This document shows positions 10,001 through 18,695 of a stretch of 64,000 bases of DNA, in pieces. Each line of letters opens with the position of its first letter. Position 1 is the stretch's first letter. A program made the translations under genes and the position numbers. Source of the stretch: Anaerolineae bacterium (GTDB lineage: Bacteria > Chloroflexota > Anaerolineae > UBA1429); contig OY776562.1 in NCBI GenBank assembly GCA_963675785.1, positions 1,216,001 to 1,280,000 of the forward strand. Reading direction: 5' to 3'. Below the pieces are notes generated by a model, which was given only the letters and a program-made list of their open reading frames with translations, did no database searches and was not told where the DNA came from.

Positions 10001-10523
10001 GTACTCTCTCGCTCAACAGGGTAAACAGATTGCTGCCCAGATCGTCATCGGCCATTAACCCCAGGGTTTGCTCGATTGCATCCGCCCGTGCCAGCACACC
10101 CTGGGCATCGTCCAGTACCTCAAAAAGAGGATCGAGTCCTGTCTCAGCAGGACTGCTGCGCAGAATCATGCCGCACAGTGCATGAATGGTGCCGATGTGC
10201 GCGCCATCGATTTCACGATAGTGAGCCATCCATGTAGAACGTTCGACAGCGTCCTCTTGCGGATCGAGGGAGGCGACATAGTTCCCGATTTCGTGGCGCA
10301 CGCGATTGCGCATCTCGCGTGCCGCCTTGCGGGTAAAGGTTATAGCGACGATGCTGCGCATGGGCACGCCATTGGCAAGCAGTGCCAAGTAACGGGCCAC
10401 CAGTGTGCGCGTTTTGCCAGTGCCTGCGCCAGCTGTCACGATGATGCGAGAAGCATCCGAAAGCACGGCGGGGAGTTGTTCTTTGCTGGGCGGTGTGAGC
10501 TTTAGGATCGGTTTATATTGCAT
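7059..10523 (-). CDS. addA: AddA/AdnA-like UvrD helicase-nuclease
   Basis: AGAGTGKT, TFTRKAA, VDEFQDTN, VGDAKQSIYAFRGA, SVHGAKGLEF, LLYVAATRARE; C-terminal GIVDL...EFKTD nuclease. Confidence 0.88.
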   Translation of the reverse strand: MQYKPILKLTPPSKEQLPAVLSDASRIIVTAGAGTGKTRTLVARYLALLANGVPMRSIVAITFTRKAAREMRNRVRHEIGNYVASLDPQEDAVERSTWMAHYREIDGAHIGTIHALCGMILRSSPAETGLDPLFEVLDDAQGVLARADAIEQTLGLMADDDLGSNLFTLLSERVLLQLLQDLLTGGQCVRDAFDRLPESTAEIETAWQEALANVLQERVRGILALSAWHEAAQTVRSIEPSNAGDKLYPAWVAARACTGNLPDDIEMLSRLFETLTSVNLQGGSQGNWGGKESCSAIKEALKTMREIARTASIETLEFNELDRQLAEHMPALRKAYRTAAQLYNTTKERQRAIDYDDLEQYALRLLMNSETVAVRWQDQVKALLVDEFQDTNATQLALVEALCGPRTSLFCVGDAKQSIYAFRGADVAVFRGLRQSIVGQTSNGNSLVVDLNESYRGHQPLVKALNTLLEPVLGTTADAARPWREPFAGLIAHRQEPGGGFDAPHIELEIVVGPKSGGADSRAADALALRLSELVNDDHHTIQEDGQERPLNYGDIAVLCRSGNAFEAYEDAFERAGLPFYTVAGKGFYDRAEVRDLLNALAAIADPTDDLALCGLLRSPAIGASDAALFWLYGKHKDTTHSQPRVPLITIFAKVKGREELLAPLSPADRAAVEYGLALTNALHQEAGRVPVDQLISRFLAETGYLAALERAGGARSARNLQKLVRDAQSSGLTNLSRFLRHIDQLKQSDTREGEARAIEEGSITLMSVHGAKGLEFPVVAIGDAGYSNTRIRSPLIDDRFGPVIKLSDEQDAKKNGAVWEAACQRQSDMDAAESQRLLYVAATRARELLIVNGATVSINNKCWFGMLTAELDGLSDLFKEAKDAPEGMRSETLVCRGTEVLVTLYGSECVLRLPAHKSAANPAICRGKPPLLGSIHGVVPQIDEKSAEEEQSPPPKTWRVVYERGEKPNAWALGAIVHDAIAGWVYELPNNRPDMSTFIEQRAHTYGVIDNSAISKLASQARAILDAYLSSELHHRVSMASRREHEVAYAIPSTMTGKGDHELGIVDLMFQEDGRWHIVEFKTDRLAPGETYESLLASSRNDYCAKLDAYAAAAAYLLDQDVEAWLCFLRPGPALVMLSLDQVRQAGAGATQV

Positions 10524-10525
10524 GA

Positions 10526-13500
10526 CTATTGCCCCCATCCCCCTCGATAATGGCTGCAAAAACCCGCGGCAGGGCAATAACTTGGGCACCCTTTTGAGGG
10601 AGGTGACGGCACGAACTGCCCGGCCATAATGCCTTCAATGGCCTTCCAGGCGTTGCACATGGCTGTTACAGAAGCAGGTTCGGCGTGCTTGGTATCATAG
10701 TCAGCGAGGTTTAGTGCGCTGGCTTGAGCCGCGAGGATATGCCAGTAAAAGCCATCGCGCACCTTGCCCAGCTCAAAGATTTGCTCAGCAGCGAGGGCAT
10801 ACAGGGGCATCTGCAACAGTTCGCCATCCTCTACACGCTTGTTGGTATAACTCGATGCTCCTCCGGTCTTGTAATCGATGATACGCACATGTCCTTGTTC
10901 GTCACGATCGACTCTGTCGATGACGCCGCGCAGGTATAGTTGGAGCGTTTCGCCGTTTACCTCCACCGAAACGGGCTTTTGTCCGGCAAAATAAGCCTCT
11001 AGCCTTTCAGCATGCCAACCTTCATCTTGTTCGATGGTTCGTATAGTGCGCTCCAGTGCCTCGCGCAACTGCTGCCGGGTTTGTTCCCACCAGGCAGTCT
11101 CACGAAAGCCCTCTGTATAGGGCGCGGCCACCAATTCCTCTTCACATACGGTATCGAGATAATTAAGCAGATTCTCCGTGGAGACATCGTCCTGCTCTAG
11201 CGCCGCTCTGTAAGTTTTTTCCAGGATGCGGTGCAAAAGGCTACCGAGTTGTCTGGCATCTGGTCCAAGCCGGGGCTCCTCACGGGGTTCAAGGCGCAAC
11301 ACATCGTTCACAAAGAACCAAAACGGGCAGGCAGTGTAACGCTCTAGCCGTGTGGGAGACCACACCGTTTCGGCATTGAATCGCTGCTGCAACGTTTCTG
11401 CGAGATCAGCCAGATAGCCGTCGCATTCATCACCCTGATATCCCGCAGTACGGGAATGCAGTATGCTGACACTGGCATTCACATGATCGAGCTTTTGTTC
11501 GAGCTCTTGATTCTGCCATTCAATCCGACCGCGTGATGCTGCCAGCACAACCTCGTCCCACGAGGCGCAGGACTCCCAGGCCGTCAGGCTCGAAGATGTC
11601 AATTGCGTTGGGGAAGTTGCGCACAGGCTGGCCAATTCCTCCCAATATGGTGAGGGCGCCCATTCTGCGCCATCTGCGGTCAATCGCGGACGTGTACACA
11701 GCAACTTGTCGCGGGCGCAAGCTGTAACCTTGTATAGCAGTGCCTGTTCCATGCTGCGCAATGGTTGCCTTAGTGGCAGGCCCTGTAAGCGTAGCTTGTG
11801 CCGCACAGCCTCTGGCAAAAGAATGTCATCACGTAGTGTTTGGGGAAATTCGCCCTCTGCCAGGCCAACCAGGGCAACAGCAGAAAAGCTTAATCCTTGG
11901 CATCGCGGTGCCGAAAGCACTTGCACGGCGGGCTCATAACCACGGGTCTCTGGCAAATAGGTGGCAGCGCGGGTTGCCGCGCGCAACTCGTCCAAAAAAG
12001 CTGGATAACCCAACAGCTCTGCTCCCAAGGTGGCTTCTGCCTCGACCAGCGCACGCAGAATGTCTTTTAGAGCAAGCAGTGCGCCACGGTCACGGCTAGC
12101 GCGCAAGGGATCCTGAACGATGAGCCGGGCAATGCCCAGCGAGTTCTGCTCCATCGGCGTCTCTGCCTCGTCACCGATGAGATTCTCAAACCAGCCCACC
12201 CAATCTCGGTAGCTGGCCATGACGGGCGGTGCTAGGCGTTCAACCATACGCTCAAAGCGTTCGCTGATTTGCCTGGCATTTGTAAAAGGGGGACGCTGTG
12301 TATCATCTAAATCATCGTCAAACGACGCGGTGTTCTCTCTTGTCTCTCCCTGGCTGGCCATATCAAGTGCCTCGCGCCATTGGGTGAGCCCTTGAATGAC
12401 AACGCCATCGCGAGCAATACGGTCGAGCTGATGGGTATCCTGCAAAAGCCAGCCCAAAGGCGCACCGTCAGCGCCAATTGCGTGTTGGAAATCCATATAA
12501 GGGCTGGCCAGTACCTCGATGAGCTCTCGAGGGGGCAGCGCCATTGGCTCGTTAACCAGGGGCGAAAGCGCCTCGAGCAGCATTAGCATGATGGCAATGC
12601 AGGGGTTTTGTCCGAGAGGCTGCCCTTGCTCTATGCGCACAGGCAACTCGAATTCCTGGGCCAACTGTTCAATCATGGGAATGCGATCGCCCAAACTGCG
12701 CATCACCAGTGCCGTGTCCTCTGGCGCGACGCCATCCAACATGATGCGCGCCTTGAGCCAACGCAAGGCTTCACGGATTTCATGCTCAGTGTTGGGTGCT
12801 GCCAGCAGCTCGAGTTCTGCGATAGGGGACACTTGGTTGCCCGAAAAAAGGTTAGTGCTGATAGCCCCCAGGGGATTGGCGTAAAAATCTTGGGGTAGAA
12901 ATACTGGCCAAGTACCAAGTTTTTCGCTGATGAGCGCCAAATCCTCGGTCAAGGGACTGCCGATCCTATCGCTTGTGGCATCAGCGGGTTCGCAGTCCAA
13001 CAGAACGATCATGCGGCCCACACGGGGTGCTAATTCTTGCAGCAGGCAGGCTTGAACAACCGTATAATCGCTCAGACCGTCGATAATGAGCAGGTCACAG
13101 ATGGTTCTCGTATTTGTTTCGGAAAGGCTCTTGATTGCCTGCCAGGCCAAACCGGCTGAATCGATCTTGTCGAGTCTGGCCAGTTCGTGGATGTAAGTAT
13201 CATAGATCAGCGCCAACTCGCAGACGCCTGCCAGATCAAGGGAATGGGCTGCCGCGTCGAGTTCTGCTGGAGTGATCATGGCGTGCTCTAGTTCATTCAG
13301 CAGACGCGTCAACTCGACCGCAAAGCCGGGTTGAGCTTGTATAGCGCTGTAATAAGAAAGCTCCAGGTTAACAAGCAACGAACGCAAGAGTCTGTATTGC
13401 AGGTTATCATCCAAAACGTCGGGCGATTGCCCTGAACGGGAAAGACAAAGCCGCGCCAGACCCTGGAAAGTTAGTACCTGCACGCCAATGGCGCCCCCCT

Positions 13501-13657
13501 GCTTTGCGATGCGCCGCTGCCACTCTCGTCGCTGCAGCGCATTTTCGACACACACGACGGGGCGCATGACAAGATTGCGAGATTCCTGCAGTGCTTGCTC
13601 AACCGCCCAATGGGTTTTCCCGGTTCCAGGGGGTGCTTTGTAAAGTTCAACGGGCAT
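10526..13657 (-). CDS. addB: AddB-like helicase-fold/PD-(D/E)xK nuclease with Fe-S cluster
   Basis: APPGTGKT; SPTRLERYTACPF, GVIDRVD..IIDYKTG, LQMPLY, CPSYCPAAGFC (4 Cys); abuts addA. Confidence 0.85.
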   Translation of the reverse strand: MPVELYKAPPGTGKTHWAVEQALQESRNLVMRPVVCVENALQRREWQRRIAKQGGAIGVQVLTFQGLARLCLSRSGQSPDVLDDNLQYRLLRSLLVNLELSYYSAIQAQPGFAVELTRLLNELEHAMITPAELDAAAHSLDLAGVCELALIYDTYIHELARLDKIDSAGLAWQAIKSLSETNTRTICDLLIIDGLSDYTVVQACLLQELAPRVGRMIVLLDCEPADATSDRIGSPLTEDLALISEKLGTWPVFLPQDFYANPLGAISTNLFSGNQVSPIAELELLAAPNTEHEIREALRWLKARIMLDGVAPEDTALVMRSLGDRIPMIEQLAQEFELPVRIEQGQPLGQNPCIAIMLMLLEALSPLVNEPMALPPRELIEVLASPYMDFQHAIGADGAPLGWLLQDTHQLDRIARDGVVIQGLTQWREALDMASQGETRENTASFDDDLDDTQRPPFTNARQISERFERMVERLAPPVMASYRDWVGWFENLIGDEAETPMEQNSLGIARLIVQDPLRASRDRGALLALKDILRALVEAEATLGAELLGYPAFLDELRAATRAATYLPETRGYEPAVQVLSAPRCQGLSFSAVALVGLAEGEFPQTLRDDILLPEAVRHKLRLQGLPLRQPLRSMEQALLYKVTACARDKLLCTRPRLTADGAEWAPSPYWEELASLCATSPTQLTSSSLTAWESCASWDEVVLAASRGRIEWQNQELEQKLDHVNASVSILHSRTAGYQGDECDGYLADLAETLQQRFNAETVWSPTRLERYTACPFWFFVNDVLRLEPREEPRLGPDARQLGSLLHRILEKTYRAALEQDDVSTENLLNYLDTVCEEELVAAPYTEGFRETAWWEQTRQQLREALERTIRTIEQDEGWHAERLEAYFAGQKPVSVEVNGETLQLYLRGVIDRVDRDEQGHVRIIDYKTGGASSYTNKRVEDGELLQMPLYALAAEQIFELGKVRDGFYWHILAAQASALNLADYDTKHAEPASVTAMCNAWKAIEGIMAGQFVPSPPSKGCPSYCPAAGFCSHYRGGWGQ

Positions 13658-13803
13658 CAGGCGCCTCCGCCATAAAGGAATGAAAGGCAAAGCACTAACA
13701 TACTAGACAATAGCTGGCTCAACATCAAGCCTGTGTGCCACTTGCCCTCTGACCATTTTAGGGTAATCTTGGACACTGGAATTCGTCGCAAGGACTGGTC
13801 ACG

Positions 13804-14928
13804 ATGCAGATTAAGCTTGTAGATCCATCCAATCCCAAAGATTGCCGCGCCTTTGCCCAATTTCCTTTTGCTCTTTATCGCAACGATCGACAATGGGTTC
13901 CGCCGCTCTTGTCAGGCGAGCTCACTGTACTCGATCCCCAAAAACACCCTTTCTATGAGCATTCACAAGCGGCTTTTTTCACCGCGGTGGATGGCGGCCA
14001 TGTTGTTGGCCGTATCGGCGTTATGGACAACCGCAATTATAATGCCTGGCACAAATCCGACACGGCTTTTTTCAACTTTTTTGAATGCATCGATGATCAG
14101 GTAACCGCTTCTGCACTTGTTGATGCTGCCGCAAACTGGGCCCGCAACCGTAGCCTGAATCGCATTATTGGCCCCAAAGGGATGACCCGCGCAGATGCCA
14201 TGGGTCTGCTGATTTCGGGTCATCAGGAGCATATGGTGGTTGGTCGTCCCTATCACCCGCCCTACTACAAAGAGCTGATCGAAGGGGCGGGATTCACCAA
14301 AGAAATCGACTATATGTCTGGCAACGTTCTCTATGAACAGGGGTTCGATCCTCGCTATATTGAGTTAGGCGATCGGGTGCAAGAACGGCGCGGCTTTCGT
14401 GTGCGTTCCTTCAAGGATATCGATGATCTGCGCACGGCAATTCCGTATATTAAGCGTGTTTTCAACGAAGCTTTTACCGGCATTTGGGGTTACTATCCCA
14501 TGACCGCCGCTGAAATTGACATGGCTGCCAACGATTTAACGACCATTGCGCAACCCGGATTGGTCAAGCTGGTATTTAAGGGAGATGAACTGGCCGGGTT
14601 CGCCATGGGTTTTCCGGATGTCAGTGAGGGCTTACGCCGTGCCAAAGGAAAACTACTTCCCCTGGGATGGTACCACCTCTTGCACGCCAAGACCCATTCA
14701 CAGTGTATCACGTTTCAGGGGGTAGGCATGCTGCCCGCTTATCAGGGCGTTGGCGCTAGTGCCCTGCTTTATAGTGAGATCGCCAAAACAGTCTTGTCAT
14801 CATCTTTCAGACTGGCTGATTTTGGCCAGGTTGCCGAAACCAACCCTCGCAGCCTGGCTGATATGGAAGCCATTGGCGTTCGGTGGAATCGCATTCATCG
14901 CATTTATCAGATGAGCATTTCGGTTTAG
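13804..14928 (+). CDS. Tandem-GNAT-fold protein (YghO-like)
   Basis: FPFALYRND..WVPPL, HPFYEH, VVGRI, FFECIDD, YHPPYY, GKLLPLGW, YQGVG motifs. Confidence 0.7.
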   Translation: MQIKLVDPSNPKDCRAFAQFPFALYRNDRQWVPPLLSGELTVLDPQKHPFYEHSQAAFFTAVDGGHVVGRIGVMDNRNYNAWHKSDTAFFNFFECIDDQVTASALVDAAANWARNRSLNRIIGPKGMTRADAMGLLISGHQEHMVVGRPYHPPYYKELIEGAGFTKEIDYMSGNVLYEQGFDPRYIELGDRVQERRGFRVRSFKDIDDLRTAIPYIKRVFNEAFTGIWGYYPMTAAEIDMAANDLTTIAQPGLVKLVFKGDELAGFAMGFPDVSEGLRRAKGKLLPLGWYHLLHAKTHSQCITFQGVGMLPAYQGVGASALLYSEIAKTVLSSSFRLADFGQVAETNPRSLADMEAIGVRWNRIHRIYQMSISV

Positions 14929-14951
14929 CATCCTGCAGGAGGCGCCGCATT

Positions 14952-16421
14952 ATGGCCACAACAACCAATACTGAGAAACGGCCGGGGTTGCCCCTCTGGC
15001 TCAAGTCGCTTTACGGCACTTGTGAGTTAGGCATTGCCGGCTTTAACACGCTCCGCCAGATTTTTTATGCCATCTTTGTGACCGATGTCGTCGGCCTCGC
15101 ACCGGGATTGGCCTCGATTGCCATTGTAATCGGCGTCGTTTGGGATGCTATCAACGATCCGCTTGTGGGCACCCTAAGCGATCGACTTAATACTCGCTGG
15201 GGTAAACGCCGTCCCTTTATGGCCCTGTTTGCCATACCCTTTGGGCTGGTTTTTCTGGCACTATGGTGGGCGCCTCCTATCGAACAACAAGGCTGGTTGA
15301 TGGTCTATGTGCTCGCATCCTATATGCTGAGCGATACCATGCAGACTCTGGTAACTGTGCCCTATTATTCCCTTACGCCCGCCATGACATCCGATTATGA
15401 CGAACGCACCGCCCTAACCAGTTTTCGTATGGGTTTTAACCTCTTTGCCTCATTGGCCACAGCAGTAGCGGCGCCGATGATCGTTGACAGCGTAGCTGCA
15501 GCAGGTGGCACACAGCAGCAGGGCTATCTTTTGATGGCCGGTATTTTCGGCTTGATTGGTGCGGTTCCTTTTCTCACCACGGCCATCTTTGCCCGTGAGA
15601 CGGTTCAAGAAGACCAAGTGGGAGAAGAGCGTTCCGTTCGAGAAACTCTTAAAACCGCCAAGGACAATGTGCCCTTTCGTTACGCCACAGCCATCTATGT
15701 GCTCAACTGGATCACCGTGGACCTCGTTTCGTTGATGTTGCCCTATTTCCTGACCTACTGGGTAGCCAGGGGGCAGCTCCAGGCGCAGATGACTATCGCT
15801 GGTATGAACATCGCGATCGAGTCTGTCATACTGGGCGTGCTGCTGCTTACGGCATTTCTTGCGCTGCCTTTGTGGACTTGGCTTTCACGCCGATTGGACA
15901 AACGGATTGCCTATATAATAGGCATGAGTTCATGGTTCGTTGTGCAATTACTGTTGATCACCGTACAGCCCCAGCAGACAAACCTGATCCTTATTTTCAC
16001 AGCACTTGCCGGTATTGGTGTCAGCGCAGCGCATGTGCTGCCTGATGCGATATTCCCCGACGTTATCGAGTGGGACGAACTGCACACAGGCCATCGTAAC
16101 GAGGGCATCTACTATGGAACCAAGAACTTTTTGCGCAAAGCTACCAGTGCTATTGCCACGTTCATAGCCCTGCAGGCATTGGGTGCAGCTGGCTATCAAG
16201 CTCCTCCGGATGGCGCTGCTGTATTCATGCAAAGTGACACCACTTTGGCCGTCATTCGAATGCTGACCGGACCAGCTGGAGCCGTATTGCTTGTTGGTGC
16301 CATCGCCACTGCTTGGATCTATCCCTTGAACCGCAGAAAGCATGCGCGAATGCAAATGCTCCTCCAACGCCGCCGTGAGAGACGGGCCAGGCGTCGTAGC
16401 GAGCGCCTAAAGAGCGCCTGA
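14952..16421 (+). CDS. GPH family (MelB-like) MFS sugar:cation symporter
   Basis: WDAINDPLVGTLSDR..TRWGKRRPF, VPYYSL..MT.DYDERT.L..FR, DVIEWDE..TG.R.EG.YYG. Confidence 0.88.
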   Translation: MATTTNTEKRPGLPLWLKSLYGTCELGIAGFNTLRQIFYAIFVTDVVGLAPGLASIAIVIGVVWDAINDPLVGTLSDRLNTRWGKRRPFMALFAIPFGLVFLALWWAPPIEQQGWLMVYVLASYMLSDTMQTLVTVPYYSLTPAMTSDYDERTALTSFRMGFNLFASLATAVAAPMIVDSVAAAGGTQQQGYLLMAGIFGLIGAVPFLTTAIFARETVQEDQVGEERSVRETLKTAKDNVPFRYATAIYVLNWITVDLVSLMLPYFLTYWVARGQLQAQMTIAGMNIAIESVILGVLLLTAFLALPLWTWLSRRLDKRIAYIIGMSSWFVVQLLLITVQPQQTNLILIFTALAGIGVSAAHVLPDAIFPDVIEWDELHTGHRNEGIYYGTKNFLRKATSAIATFIALQALGAAGYQAPPDGAAVFMQSDTTLAVIRMLTGPAGAVLLVGAIATAWIYPLNRRKHARMQMLLQRRRERRARRRSERLKSA

Positions 16422-16460
16422 TTCGAGCCAATAGAGGGATATCCTTTGAGAGTTTAGACC

Positions 16461-16489
16461 TTGAAGGATGTCCCTTTAACATATACAAT
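16461..16489 (+). promoter_or_regulatory. Sigma70-like promoter for the redoxin/NIPSNAP/deacetylase cluster
   Basis: TTGAAG-17 bp-TACAAT in the intergenic region. Confidence 0.5.
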
Positions 16490-16616
16490 GTTAAGATACT
16501 TGGCTTGGGCTTGGCAATTTGTTTTCAATATCCCCACTCTCTCGAGTACGGCTCAAACCTTGTGTGGTTCTCCTCTTCTACTTGCCAGTTACTGCAAGAA
16601 ACTATGGAGGCTAGAT

Positions 16617-17075
16617 ATGCTCAAACTTGGGATTCCTGCCCCCCGTTTTCGCCTCTTGGATACCAGCGACCATGATGCCAGTTTGGCTGATTATCAGGGC
16701 TCCAAGAATCTGGTGCTCGTGTTTTTACGAGGATTCTCTTGACCCTATGCTCGTGCGCACCTGGAGCGGTTGCGCAATGATTATGACAAGTTTATCGAGC
16801 AGGATACGGAGATACTGGTTATTGGACCTGATAACCACCAGGCATTCAAAGAGTACTGGGCAAAGAATGATTTGCCGTTCCCTGGGCTTGCCGATCCTAA
16901 ACACCATGTGGCTCGCGCTTACCATCAGCAAGTAAAGATCCTTAGCCTTGGTCGAATGCCGGCCCTGGTAGTCGTCGACAAGTTAAGCATGGTGCGTTAC
17001 GTGCACTATGGCCAGAGTATGAAAGATATTCCGAGCAATGAGGACGTGTGGGCAGTACTTGATGGACTCGACTAG
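16617..17075 (+). CDS. AhpC/TSA (peroxiredoxin-like) redoxin, probable selenoprotein (Sec at UGA 16740-16742)
   Basis: ORFs 16461..16742 and 16770..17075 share a frame; joined they read LVLVFLRGFS-U-PYARAHL, UGA aligning to the first Cys of FxRGxWCPxC; GGAGG RBS before ATG 16617. Confidence 0.72.
16754..16776 (+). promoter_or_regulatory. Candidate bacterial SECIS hairpin
   Basis: TGCGCACC-TGGAGC-GGT(T)GCGCA: 8-bp stem, one bulged U, G at second loop position, loop begins 19 nt after the UGA. Confidence 0.55.
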
Positions 17076-17080
17076 AAAGT

Positions 17081-17426
17081 ATGCTCAGAAATCAGTGGTA
17101 TAGCATATCGAATTAGCAATTGTTTCGCCGTGACCGTGTTTTTTGCGCCAATTGACGAAGAGAATACACTGCTCTATGTTCGTTTCTGGCAGCATCTGGC
17201 CACTTGGCCTGTCATTGGCAAAGTAATGTGCGAATTGGCAAATCTATTCAACCGGATCATTGTTCGTCAGGACAAGCGCGTAGTGATCACACAACAACCC
17301 CTCAAGAGCGCGCTACGTATGGGCGAAAAACTAGTTTTGGGTGACAGCCCGATTATTGCCTATCGTCGACGGCGTGCCGCGCTCAAAGCGGCTACCAGCA
17401 ATCCAGAGGAGGCTCTTTCATCATGA
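17081..17426 (+). pseudogene. Internally deleted Rieske aromatic ring-hydroxylating oxygenase alpha subunit
   Basis: MLRNQWY start at 17081 stops after 11 codons; another frame gives only the C-terminal FAPIDEENTLLY...QDKRVVITQ...DSPIIAYRR; no Rieske CxH/CxxH. Confidence 0.65.
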
Positions 17427-17752
17427 TCTATGAACTTCGCACCTATATTATCGTCCCCGGCCGCATTCAGGATATCAAGGCGCGTTTTCGCGACCACACA
17501 ATCGGCCTCTTTGAAAAGCATGGCATGCAAGTTGTAGGTTTCTGGCAGACGGTGGAGAGCGAGGAACCGGCCGATGAGCTGGTTTATCTGCTTGCTTTTG
17601 AGGATATGAAAGCCCGCAACGCCGCTTTTGATGCTTTCCGCAATGATCCAGAATGGCAAGCTGTCTACAAAGCCAGTCGGATTAACGGCCCTTTGGTAGC
17701 ACGGGTTACCAGCAAGTTCTTGCAGCCCACTGATTTCTCTGCGTTGAAATGA
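17423..17752 (+). CDS. NIPSNAP family protein
   Basis: MIYELRTY..PG, LFEKHGM.VVGFW, F.NDPEW, L.PTDFS. Confidence 0.9.
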   Translation: MIYELRTYIIVPGRIQDIKARFRDHTIGLFEKHGMQVVGFWQTVESEEPADELVYLLAFEDMKARNAAFDAFRNDPEWQAVYKASRINGPLVARVTSKFLQPTDFSALK

Positions 17753-18660
17753 AAAAGGATCGAACAGAGGCAGCGGACGAACCATTCAACATTCTCACGC
17801 TCGATATCGAAGATTGGCAACAGAGCGCACCGGATACCTTTTCGCATGATGTACCCGGGCATCGTAAACCTGTACGTCCGTCTCGTCGCATTATCGGCAA
17901 CGTGCAACATCTGCTAGAGATATTGAATGCCTGCGAGGTCCATGCAACCTGCTTTATTTTGGGTTCTGTGGCCGAGGACTTTCCTGCGCTGGTGCGTGAA
18001 ATAGCCGCAGCCGGTCACGAGATCGGCACCCACGGATACGGGCATCGCCCCGTATATACGCTGGAGCGCGAGGAATTTCAAAAAGATGTTCGCCGCTCTG
18101 TACAACTTTTAGAGGATGCAGCCGGTGTACCCGTGATCGCGCATCGGGCACCTTATTTTTCTATCACGTCGCAGAATGATTGGGCCTTTGACGCACTAGC
18201 CGAGATTGGTATCCAAGTCGATGCCAGTACATTCCCACTAAAGTCTCGTTTCTACCGAGTTCCGGGATGGATCGGATGTCCTGACTGGCCGAGATACCCA
18301 CATATTCTCGAAACGGAACATGGTCCACTGCTGGAATTGCCCTCCACGACCGTTCGCCTTGCGGGGAATAACTTGCCTCTGGCGGGAGGAGCCTATCTTC
18401 GGATGGTCCCCTTGGGGTTTTTTCATGCAGCAGTACGCTCAGCAAATCGACATGGAGCACCGGCGGTCTTTTACCTGCATCCGCACGATCTCGATACAGA
18501 TGAGTTGCACATACCGATGCCTGGCGAAACCATTCGCGATGCGATGCTTCGCAGGTTCTTGAGATTAGGGCGAGGTCGCAACCCTAAACGTCTCACCAAG
18601 CTGCTTCGAGCGCACAAGTTTGGCCCGATTGCGGAATGGCATAAGCAAAGCAACATGTAA
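17749..18660 (+). CDS. Polysaccharide deacetylase (NodB fold with DUF3473-type C-terminus)
   Basis: TLDIEDW, ATCFILG, GHEIGTHGYGH, RAPYFS, GGAYLR, FYLHP. Confidence 0.88.
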   Translation: MKKDRTEAADEPFNILTLDIEDWQQSAPDTFSHDVPGHRKPVRPSRRIIGNVQHLLEILNACEVHATCFILGSVAEDFPALVREIAAAGHEIGTHGYGHRPVYTLEREEFQKDVRRSVQLLEDAAGVPVIAHRAPYFSITSQNDWAFDALAEIGIQVDASTFPLKSRFYRVPGWIGCPDWPRYPHILETEHGPLLELPSTTVRLAGNNLPLAGGAYLRMVPLGFFHAAVRSANRHGAPAVFYLHPHDLDTDELHIPMPGETIRDAMLRRFLRLGRGRNPKRLTKLLRAHKFGPIAEWHKQSNM

Positions 18661-18691
18661 AAAGAGGGGACGCATTAGCGTCCCCTCTTTT
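18660..18691. terminator. Bidirectional intrinsic terminator
   Basis: AAAAGAGGGGACGC-ATTA-GCGTCCCCTCTTTT between convergent genes. Confidence 0.85.
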
Positions 18692-18695
18692 GTTT

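Noticed and set aside
10526-13657. Cas4 or a defence nuclease
   Set aside because: The Fe-S PD-(D/E)xK domain is the C-terminus of an AddB-like protein paired with AddA; ordinary recombination repair
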